64,000 nucleotides of DNA from Asterias rubens (lineage: Eukaryota). This document shows, in pieces, positions 35,931-47,900 of this stretch. Under the pieces are notes generated by a model that saw only the letters and a program-made list of their open reading frames with translations, was not told the origin of the DNA and did not search any database. The DNA lies in the NCBI RefSeq assembly GCF_902459465.1, contig NC_047062.1, positions 20,398,001 to 20,462,000 on the forward strand. Direction: 5' to 3'. Position 1 is the stretch's first letter, and each line of letters starts with the position of its first letter. Both the position numbers and the translations under genes were made by a program.

Positions 35931-37596
35931 TTGAACTGTTTACACCTACCGCAGGTTGATCAGGCCATGGTTTAAATTTGTTCCTATTAAAAAGAAAATT
36001 GCCAATCATCGATAACAAACAAGTTAATTTAATCCAGGAGGCTATTAATAATAAGGTGTGACACACAAAATAAAGTGAAAGTACTTTTCCAAGGTAAATT
36101 CGGCACTGGGGAAAACACTATAAATTTTACATTCGGTCATGCATCATCTCGCGAACTAATAAACACTTTTATGCATAATAAAGTAATTTTGTCAAGAGCA
36201 CATTCTTGGCAGAGTTATTGATATAGGGAGCTACTTCCAAAAAAAAAAAAAAAAAAGGGGTGACACACATTATTTGCCCTCACGGATATTTCATTGTCGA
36301 TACTTTCCATCCAGCCGAGTGTAGGCTCGTTAATCTGGTTTATTGCATTTTTGTTTGTACGTTTTGTTTGTGCCAGTTTCTTTGAATCCGTTGTTGATAC
36401 TAGCTTACGATACGATCACCCCACGCCGATGGAGTGGATACAGCCTTGTATTTGTTAGTTAGCTTATTTTGTTGCGCAAACTCATTTTGTAGCTGTCTTT
36501 TATTTGCTGGAAACGAGTGGAATGTCTTCCATTGATTTTTGTTTGAAACTACTTGCATGCGGAAGCAAATATTGTTATCTTGTGAAAAAGGGTATGAAGC
36601 TCATTAGTAAAGTACAATATTATGCAAATAAAGTACAATATTATGCAAACGAAATATTTGTCTTTCTGTCAAGTTAAACAAAAAGTAGGCCTAAGATTCA
36701 AAATAATAATCTTTGTTTTTGAAACAGTAAAAAGATATAGGTCAATAATAGGTTTTTCTTTTATCTCTGATTTCAAAAGGTCCAATCCCTCTTTAGGAAT
36801 GGTATACGCCGATATTACTTGAGGCCTTTTGATGATGAAAGAAAAGCTTACTACCATTTTTTTAAACATTTTTTAAAATACATTTATGAAAGAGCAAACA
36901 AAAAGGGGGGTGGGGACACAGTAAATGGAGCCCTGAAATTTTGGGGGAATAATCTGACAAAAGAGGGCGGGCTATACCGATGATACCGCCCTCTTCGGTG
37001 ACCACCAGCACATTTAACTTCGTTGCAGACTGATGAAGGAACTTCGCTGTTCATGCTGGAAGGAAAACAAAGTGTAATATTTCATTTTAATGAAATGACC
37101 TGAACTCAGTTTGGTTGTGAAGTGTGAAACCATTCTCCGAATGTGCGAGTTTGTTAAATGAGGATGAATTGGTAACCGTATGTACAGTTTAGCGAGATTC
37201 TACACCGGATACTGCGGACGAGTTACATTTTGCTGTGTTCACAAACACACTACACAAATAACACAGTGACTGGTGAGTCAATTAAATACAGTGAGTGTTC
37301 TGTACAAACACAACTTGAACAAGAGGCCAGAGCTAGCTCTGCACTGAAGTTTTTTTGTTGAAGCACAAACTCGTTCTCACCTTCTCGTAAGTATAAAAGG
37401 AATCGATATGAAGTATATAAAAAAGGGTCATCGTTATCGACCCTCAGTCATACTACTAACTAGGTAGTACTACTACTATAGTACTAAGTACTACCTAGTC
37501 ATGTTTGTTTCGCCCAAACTTTGATTCTCGTTTACCGCGAGACTGTGCAAACTCCACCGGTGACAGAAGCTCTGCTGTTTACTCACAGTCACAGTC

Positions 37597-37703
37597 TAGA
37601 CCCAGTAAACTGGGGCGCTAGATTCCTTTTTTCGAAATTTTGACATTGAACGATATGTCAACATTTCAAAAAAAGGAACCTAGCACCCCAGTTACTGGGT
37701 CTA
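37597..37703. mobile_element. Small hairpin MITE
   Basis: tagacccagtaaactggggcgctagattcctttttt / aaaaaaaggaacctagcaccccagttactgggtcta. Confidence 0.7.
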
Positions 37704-37823
37704 CTTACGGTCTGTTTTTTCGTCAGGCTTATGCTGGGAATAAAGTTTCCTATCGTTAATTGTGCTCAAACATTTATGAAATGACTAATTTTTTGCATAA
37801 ATCACTAGTGCATTTAGTTGCAA

Positions 37824-38019
37824 TAACGTAACCCTCCTCCCGACGGCCGCCAGGGTTACGACGCAAGCTCGAACGGCAAACAGAAACCTGGTCCAACACG
37901 TACAATTTCGACTGCTAGTCACCAGATTTGCTCAATTTTTACCACTTTTGAAAATCATGACACAAATTCTAGGGAACACAAACTTGATCCTCAATATTTG
38001 ATGAAGGAGGGTTACGTTA
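37824..38019. mobile_element. MITE family H (TAACGTAACCCTCCT termini)
   Basis: 15-bp TIR taacgtaaccctcct / aggagggttacgtta. A second, right-truncated copy is at 54126-54310. Confidence 0.8.
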
Positions 38020-38205
38020 TCCCAACTAAAGTGCATTATGCCAACAATCAAATGAGTCTAAGAAACATCAAAATTCATTTTGTTCTCTTAACCAACAGCT
38101 TCTAAGGCCTAAAACCAGGGTGGATGGAGATTTTTGTTTTGCAAGTTAAGAAATACAATATGGGCTAAGGGCCTTTTTTGTTAAAAATGCACTATCGGTA
38201 ACCAC

Positions 38206-38591
38206 TTAAAGGCAGTGGACACTATTGGTAATTACTCAAAATAATTATCATCATAAAACCTTTCTTGATTACAAGTAATGGGGAGAGGTTGATGGTATAA
38301 AACATTGTGAGAAACAGCTACCTCTGAAGTGACATAGTTTTCGAGAAAGAAGTAGTTTTCCACGAATTTGATTTCGAGACCTCAAGTTTAGAATTTGAGG
38401 TCTCGAAATCAAGCATCAGAAAGCACACAACTTCGTGTGACAAGGGTGTTTTTTCTTTCATTATTATCTTGCAAATTCGACGACTGATTGAGCTCAAATT
38501 TTCACAGGTTTGTTATTTTATGCATATGTTGAGATACACCAACTGTGAAGACTAGTCTTTGACAATTACCAATAGTGTCCACTGGCTTTAA
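38206..38591. mobile_element. Kolobok-like MITE family A, complete copy
   Basis: TTAA...TTAA with full TIRs; very similar to 44826-45211 and to the reverse complement of 614-1011. Confidence 0.88.
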
Positions 38592-38922
38592 TAAGAATAA
38601 ACTGATATAATACACTATTGGTAGTTAATAAGAGTGAACATTATCACAGTTTCCCCATCCTAGTTCAATCAAAAAAAACAAAAAACAATGTGAGCTTTCA
38701 TCAAACAAGGTATTTTTGTTCGAGTAAAAATAATTTAAAACAAGTTTAGGAGTCTCCGATGATATTTCATTGCCTGACAGCAGTTTTTCACTGGAGTTCA
38801 GTGAACTCTCAGATGAAAACTAATATAAATTGTTTGAAATACAACTTGTCATAATGTGTGTGTGTATTAATTCTATTCCTTTGTTTCAGATTTTATATAG
38901 AGGAAGCCGAAAACTCGACAAT

Positions 38923-41900
38923 ATGGAGAGAGCGTTGACAGTGCTGATCAGACTGGAATTGGTCGCTGTCTTGGTCGTCATACTTCTTGAGATCACATAC
39001 TCTGATGTTCTTAATAGTGACTCTCTCTTTGAACTCCATTGGCCTGGGCCAGGAATACAGGTAAGATAGCAAACACTATCTAGTGTGATCTGTTAAAGGC
39101 AGTGGACACTATTGGTAATTACTCAAAATAATTATTAGCATAAAACCTTACTTGGTAAAAAGTAATATGGAGCTGTTGATAGTATAAAACATGTATTGTG
39201 AGAAACGGCTCCCTCTGACGTGACATGGTTTTCGAGAAAGAAGTTATTTTCCAAGAACTTGATTTTGAGACCTCAGATTTAGATTTTGAGGTCTCAAAAT
39301 TAAGTATCTGAAAGCACACAACTTCATGTGACAACTGGGTGTTTTTTCGACCATTTGAGCTCAAATTTTCACATGTTTGTTATTTTATGCATATGTTGAG
39401 ATACACCAAGTGAGAAGACTGGTCTTTGACAATAACCAATAGTGTCCAGTGTCTTAAAAAGGGTGGTTGTACGAACATAAAATTGCTTGAAGATAGCGCC
39501 ATTCTTCAGGTATGATATTCTTCCTACTATATCTGCAGAATTCAGTGGTGAGCATGGCCTGGAAATTGGGCAATGTCGATCTTGCACAACTGCAGAAGAT
39601 TGTAAAAACAAAAAATTATTTTGCTTTTGAAGTTTGCAGATAACTCCGAGTATGTTATAATGACGACCCCAGCCAATGAGAAGTACCAATGTATACTACC
39701 AGATGAAGATCTTCAGAGACATCAGAATGATGTGAACTATGGAGGACCATCAGCTGCCAGTCTTATGCAGAAAGTCTTCACTAAAGAGATCTGCACAATT
39801 AGAGTAAATATCTCTTTTATTATTAATTTAGGGTTTGTTTGTCTTTAGATTTTACTATGATTTTTTTTACTAGAATAAGACATCCACATTGTCATGGTTG
39901 TAGTGCTAGTTTTTATCAAAATGTTTATTATAGTCACAATAAAAAAATTAAAAACACAGAATCCAGACAAACAGGTGCTATACTTTAATGTTTATTTTAT
40001 TGTCAAAATAAATTTCTTTGAGAATAAAAGAAAGTTTACTACATTGTAGAACTTGGTTTGGACCTGTGACCTTCAGTTGCCTACCAACTGAGCTAGCTAA
40101 CCCCGATGTTGTTGGTTTCCCTATTTTGTTATTATATTTGTCCAGTCAGTGTTTAGAATGTGATAAGTTGCTGTATGCTTCTCCATTTGGGGTTATGGCA
40201 TATTCAGAAGAAAAATACATAATAAAAACTATATTAAAACATCTATGAACAAACAAAATAACAACGTGTGAAATTTAAATACACACTACTTGTGATTTAG
40301 ATTTATTATTTTGTTTACATTAATGCCACCATGTTTTAAAACTGTCTGGCCTAGCCACTAGGCTTACTCTGGGTAGTACCAGCATAAAGCTTGGGTCTGT
40401 AAATGATCCACCGTTGAATTGCATTAACCGTAGAGTGTCATGGCCTAGTGGTTAAGAGCATCAAATTCAAGTTCTGGTGTTCGGGTTCGAATCCCGGTCG
40501 TGACACTTGCTTGTGTCCTTGAGCAAGATACTTTACTATAATTGCTTCTTTTCACCCAGGGGTATAAATGGGTATCTGCGAGGGTAGAGGTTGACATTGT
40601 GAATGCAAAAGCCTTTAAAGCGACTTAAACTGTTGCTCGGGTTGTATACTCCCAACAAGGGAGCTGAGAAACATTAAAATGGGTGTTATTGGCCCTATGA
40701 CCAGGGCACTAATGTAAAGCGCATTGATACGGTTATTGTAAGAGTTAATATTATTTGATATTTAATTGTGCTTTTACCCATACACTCTGATATGTGTTAG
40801 CACCTTAAATACTCAATGCATTCCCAAGCTCTGTGAACAAAATCACAGTCATATATTACTCGGATGGGATTTGAACCCATGACCTTTGCAATTCTAGAGC
40901 AGTGTCTTACCAACTAAACCACCAAGATTGTCTGGTAACTAGAGGCAGTTCCAATCCTACATTTTAGCAGCGGGTACTGCAATGATTCAATCGATGGATA
41001 GTTACTCCTCAACTAAGCTTTTAAGATATACAGGTGCAATGCCATGGATACCTTGATAAGTCAGAACAAAAATTTGAAAGTTTGTGTTAAAGGCAGTGGA
41101 CACTATCGGTAATCACTCAAAATAACTGGTAGCATAAAAACTTACTTGTTAACGATCAATGGAGAGCTTGTTTGTTTGTTTGTGCGTGTGGTAGCCAACA
41201 GGTTCAAGATAGGTGATTTATACGGGCAGACTGGAAGAAAGCCAGTCTACCGTGTCATCGTCTAGCTGCATGATGCCTTCAAAACCATGTGGAGCCTGGT
41301 AAATATTGCAGTCGGAGACAATATGCTTGATGGTTTGTGCTTCACCGCATTCACAAGAATGGAGAGCTGTTGATAGTATAAAACATTGTGAGAAACGGCT
41401 CCCTCTGAAGTAGTGTAGTTTTTGAGAAAGAAGTAATTTTCTCACTTTAATATTTGAATTTGATTTTGAGAGCTCAGAACTAGATTTGGAGGTCTTGAAA
41501 TCAAGCATCTGAAAGCACACAACTTGTGCGACGTTTTTTTCTTCCATTATTCTCTCGCAACTTTGACAACCAACTGAGCTAAAACTGTCACAGGTTTGTT
41601 ATTTTATGCATAATGTATATGTTGAGATACACCAAGTGAGAAAACTGTTCTTTGACAATCCAATAGTGTCCAGTGTCTTTTTAAATAAGATGGTTTTATG
41701 TATGGTTGAATTTTGACAGATTGAAACCTACTGGAACTTTGAGCTGTGTCATGGGAAGCACGTACGTCAATACCATGAAGAGAAAGAGGCTGGCAAGGTA
41801 ATCAAATAATTACAAACACTACATACAGAAGAAGACATAAATAAGGAAATCAATGTGTGGTGAAGAGGTTTTCAACTAGTGGTTTAAACCATGAAGAGAA

Positions 41901-44900
41901 AGAGGCTGGCAAGGTAATCAAATAAACACAAACACTGAATACAGAAGAAAACATAAATAAGGGAATCAATGTGTGGTGAAGAGGTTTTCAACTAGTGATT
42001 TAAACCATGAAGAGAAAGAGGCTGGCAAGGTAATCAAATAAACACAAACACTGAATACAGAAGAAGACATAAATAAGGGAATCAATGTGTGGTGAAGAGG
42101 TTTTCAACTAGGTTTAAACCCAACGAGGCCTGGTTTTTGATAATTTTACCGAGACGAAGTCGAGGTAAATTATCAAGAACCAGGCCTCGGCGGGTTTAAA
42201 CTAGTTGAAAACCGATTCAACACACTTTGATTCCCATTCACAAATATCTTTTCGGTCAAAAAACATCAACACTTTTGGTCGAAAAGGAAAATAAATGCAA
42301 AAATTATAATTGTTCAATGATTTCTTTCAACACAACACCCCTCCAGCTATGAAATGGTAAGGCCCTCGGTTAAACAACTCCTTATAAGGGAATGCTGTGC
42401 GCATCGCGCGTATCGCGTGATGTGGCACGCTGTCCCGGCCGTTGCGCTCGACCAATAGGAATAAAGGACTTGCTTATAAGGCTAAGCACAGGTGCAAGCT
42501 CGCAAGTCATGCCCATGTTTCAAGGTTTATACACACCCACGTGACGCGCTCTCCACCAATAGGAATAGCGAAACTGTCTGAGGTATTTATGAATACTTGT
42601 TTATAAAACAAGGAGCTGGACAATTTGATGAAAATATAGACTCGTTCATAGAATGTTTGAACCAAAGTTTAGTAGATTTTACAAACTAACGGTACAAGTT
42701 TAATTTCTAAAGGTGGTAGTGTTTCTGAGGAATTGACGAAAAATTCAGAGCAGTTTTGTCTACACAGGAAGAATAATCCGTAATTAGAATACACAATCTG
42801 AGAAACATATCTGACAGAAACGTTTTTCAGATTCAACTTTTTGGGATAAAACGGATGTCTTTATCATCACACTGAAATGAGTCTCCAAATGTTTATTCTA
42901 TCCAAAGCTGCTGTACTTCTAACCTAACAAGTTTTTATTTACATTAATTATAAGAGTGATTTCTAAATGAATACCTTCCCTTTTAGTATCCTTCTTCCCC
43001 TCGATAAAAGTATTCTATTCTGAGTCGACACTCAAAATGTAAATCGAGCTCTTCCTCTAGGCAACTGTCTGGTTAATATTCAAACACAGCCGATGAACAA
43101 CAACACTTTCAGAATGGACAAAAGAAACTTTAATCGCCGCCCTCGCTATTCTTTCGTTATCCTGTGCATCTGCCATGCATAAGTTAGTAGCAATTTACAA
43201 AATATGCAGTTTACCGGTAATAAATTAGTAGCAAGAGCAAAGACGTGGTTGTTACTAGGCAGAACGGCTGTTTATGAACTAGTTTTGAATTTCTGATATA
43301 CGCATCTAGAGTCTGGTGTGTACAGATTATGTACATTTATTTATTTGAAGGTCATGTATAGCATCGTTGGTAATGATCAAAATGTATTTTTGAGTAATTC
43401 TGGTAGCTTACTGATGAATGAGTTTAGTAGCGATGAAATCATTTTTATAGCTTGTAGATTTCAAAATGCTGACATATACGAATGTCACAAAATGCTTGAA
43501 GAAGCCTAATTTGTTTTAGTTCATTTAGCTTCAACGTGTTTAGCTTTAACATGCTTTAGAATCCCACCAGGGACACTATGTGGATTTGGTTTTCAGTCTC
43601 CACTAGATTGCTTCGGTTTTCCTTGGATTTTTCTTTTGTTTTCTCCCACATCAAAAACTGAAACATCCTCCATTGTCTTCTCTCCTTGGGGTTCTTGGCT
43701 AATACAGGAGAAATTGCATTTCTTAGAATCCTTGGCTTGACAACCGGAATTAATTATTCGTTTTATAGAGTGTGTTTGTTGGGAGTGGGAATGAAATTAC
43801 TCTTCAACAACTGATAACTGATTTCTTATTCCACTTCCCCAACAAAATGATTTAAATTTTGTAGTAATAAAACTATGTTAACTCAATTGGTGGGGACCAA
43901 CTTGCACTTCACAATAGTTCTGAAAAATAAACAGAAAAAACCCACAAATAATACATGATTCTGATCGATTAGTAAATTCTCAAAATCTAAAATTAAATTA
44001 AGAACTAAACAAAATTTGTATAAAAAGCCTAGAGACATTGAGATATTTTTTTATTATCTAAGTGTGATTGTTTTTCATTTAGCATTTTAGCAAGACTCTG
44101 CTTGGATCATGAACTTATTACTAAACTATAAAATTTCTTCCACCTTTTGTTGTCAATTTCTGTAGGAAATAAAATTACTGGAGTTTTATCTTGGCAAAAA
44201 TATGAAGTCGCCGGAGGGCAAGGAATTTGAAATACAAACAGTAGAATCGTTCCATGGGACGTACGAGAATTTCAAGGTGAGTGAGTAGTCGTCTTTTTAT
44301 ATGATATTGTTTTAATTATTTTCTTCGACTGTGAAAAGCTTTGTGTAGTTTTCTTTTGTGTCAATATTTTTGTGCAGTGCTTTTGTTATTTTCATACGAA
44401 TCGTCTGTTGGAAATGACAACACGCTATGCTGAACAAAACTTTGTATAATCTTGTTAATAATCTCAATATATAACTTTGTTTTTGTTTATTATGTCAGGC
44501 ATTTCTCCTACCTGATTCCGATAATTTCTGATTTTTTTACCTTCCAATTCTTTTTTGAAAAATCGTCATGAAATAGCCTAAACATTTTTTTAAACCTATA
44601 TGATATGTACTTTAGGTCAGCCCTTGAACTCAATGTCATACTTTGTTCCAAGGACCAAATATCATGTTTGTTTATTTAGTACTGAACCAGATTTTGCTCT
44701 CATAATTTAAAAGTTAGCAATGGTGCTGATAACCATCAGCAAAGAGACTTTACTTATTTGTTAATTTTCCAGGAATTTTCACATCCTTCAAACCTCATTC
44801 CTTGGTCTAATATCACACCAGTGAATTAAAGGCAGTGGACACTATTGGTAATTACTAAAAATAATTATCATCATAAAACCTTAATTGGTGACGAGTAATG

Positions 44901-47900
44901 GAGAGAGGTTGATGGTATAAAACATTGTGAGAAACGGCTCCCTCTGAAGTGACATAGTTTTCGAGAAAGAAGTAATTTTCCACAAATTTGATTTTGAAAC
45001 CTCAAGTTTAGAACTTGAGGTCTCGAAATCAAGCATCTGAACGCACACAACTTCGTGTGACAAGGGTGTTTTTTTATTCATTATTATCTTGCAACTTCGA
45101 CGACCGATCGAGCTCAAATTTTCATAGGTTTGTTATTTTATGCATATGTAGAGATACACCAAGTGTGAAGACTAGTCTTTGACAATTACCAATAGTGTCC
45201 ACTGCCTTTAAGCTCCATCTGTTATCTAGATTGTTGACATACTTGTTGAAATGTCCCTCACTAGGTGCCCACGATAACCATCGATGGTAAAGAAGTCCCC
45301 TACTATGAGGTCTTAATGGACAGTGGTACCCCGTGTGATCTCCGTGGTAACATTCCTCGCCTGACAAGGGTGCGCTACATCTGTGAAACCATGGGAAGGA
45401 ACGAGATGTTCACAATTAAAGAGACGTCAACGTGTGAATATGAGGCTGTTATACTCACACCAAATCTTTGCAGTCATCCTCTGTACAAGTAAGCTTTTTT
45501 GTGAGCTTCTTTTCCAAATAGTTTGTTAAACCTTCTTGCTTTCCGGAACCTTTGCCAAGATAGTTTACCAAACTTTCAGAACTATTCAGTGGAACAACTT
45601 TATGCTAACATATCTTGCTGTACCATGTGATATAATATTGCATGCTGAATGCTGCATGACAATTGGAGGGTTATTAGGGGAAATTAGAACATGTTAAACA
45701 CATTAGAACATTTTGAAAAAATTAACTAACATGCTCTGTAAATTCGGTTCTACAAAATGACAGATTGTGTGAGTTCACAAAGTAAAAGGATAACCACACA
45801 ATTTCAAGGGATATTTGTGTGAATCATTATAGTCCACTTATACAAAATGTTTCCAACCGTATTCATTTCCTCACAAAGGCCTTTATAGCTCAAAGTGCCC
45901 AATCTGAAGGGATTTGTTCTGAGGTCATAAATGTCTGAATGTTTGTTTCTTTAAATTGAATACAGGATGAGAGTGACACCCATAAATTCTATCAATTGCC
46001 ACGCCATGAATGGTTCCCCAACGAGACCAATTGGTTATGAACAACTGTACAGAGATACAAGCAGCAGAACGCAGTTCTCATCCTCAAAGGTGAATCTCAT
46101 AATTACTGCCTCTTATGTTATTTGGATCTAAAAAGTTCAGGGTTTTAACGGACCAGAAAGTTAGTTTGACAAGATGTCCATTAGCCTCTTTGAGACATTG
46201 CGGACACTATAGGAGTGCACTGCATGGTTTGGGTGTATACAGGCAAATTTACCCAAACCTATTAGAGTTATAGTATTGTGTCCACCATATCTCAAAATAG
46301 TCTGCAAGAGTTGCGCGCTACTCGGACAAATACTTAATTGCTGTACGAAGTCAAATTTTCTCTTTATAGGAACACGTTGCCTCGGATCGGTCGAGTTGGT
46401 CTATAAAAAGCGTTTGTAACCGTTTGTTATAAAATGCATATGATTGGCAAGATGTTTTAAAAGTAGAATACAATGATCCACACAAACATGCCTCGAAATT
46501 GTTTTCCTTTTACGGTAGGCCATTTATGGGAGTCAAATTTTTGACTCCCTTAAACGGCTGACCATGTTTGTTCGCAAAGTAAAAGAAAAACCACGCAATT
46601 TCGAGGCAAATTTGTGTGGATCATTGTATTCTACTTTTAAAACATCTTTCCAATCATATGCATTTTATAACAAACGGTTACAAACGCTTTTTATAGACCA
46701 ACTCGTCCGATCCAAGGCAACGTGTTCCTTGAAGTTCTTTGTAAACAAAATTACATCTAGACAACACAATGGATGTCCGGGGTGGATATTCATTTCAGCT
46801 CTCCGACTAACAGCAAAATAATAAAGGGTGCTCCAAAATGATTGTGGGAGTAAAAACCGCCCGCCGTAAGGCAGAACGATTTGGCTTGTGTACACGTCAT
46901 CCAACATGTAAACTGGTTAATTTTTGTATTATTTATTCTTGAAATAAGTACATTGTTTCATTTAATCTTGGTAGGCCTATAAGTACATTGTATTTATCAG
47001 CATTTATCTGATTTACATACAGGTAAGGACCACTGTGACCACAACTACAACCCCAACACCTCAAGAGAAGTCTGCAGCTGCAGCAGCTAAGCAACGGTTA
47101 CCCAGACCCATCCTTGTAGACAAACAAATATTACAGGACTTCTTAAATGGGGACTACTGTCTTCATGGGGTGAGTTATGTGTCATGCAAATTTACACTGT
47201 GTTTGAGACCCTCCAATTGCAATGTTTGTCAATATCAAAAACGATTTTTGATGACTAAACATTTCAAATATATGGTCTGCTTTTTGGGGGCAGAGAACTT
47301 GAGACTAAACATTTCAAATATACTATGGTCTGTGCACTTTGGGGGGCAGAGAACTTGTATTTTATTCCCCAGTTTTGACAAAACAGCATTGAATTTATCA
47401 GGACTCTATCTGTTGCGAAAGGAAGTGCATCACAAAACCAAACTTGACCGTGGAGCCCCTCTCAAGTCTCAAAAGAGGATTATGATCGATGAAAACAAAA
47501 CTACTTTCTACCAAAAGCTCACTGATAGCAGTTCCAGTCCTCCAGGAAATATTTCTGTTTACGATACACCTCTCGCTGGTGCTGTATTCTGATTGGCTGA
47601 AACACTGTCTTTTCGGGTTCAAACATAAGTGCATGAATTTGCACCGGCAGAAACTAGATTTGCATCAAGACATGTTAATGGATATGTTTATTTTCACATA
47701 ATTTGAACATGAACACAATATCAGTGATCAAAGTTAAATCACTTTTTGATTTAAGCACTAAAATGGTGGCTCTTATTTGGTTCAAAATCAGAGGTTGGTT
47801 GAATGGTATATTTTTTAAAGTATAGGGCAGAAAATTATTTTCAAAAACCAGTCCTAATTTATTATATTGCATTCTCGATTTTACTCTCAATCTAGGGCAC

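Noticed and set aside
41773-42120. CRISPR-like repeat-spacer array
   Set aside because: Whole 116-bp units are repeated with no unique spacers; eukaryotic context and no cas genes.
47035-47592. 185-aa ORF
   Set aside because: Only 47023-47169 is an ERLEC1 exon; the rest is read-through into an intron that contains a tandem duplication.
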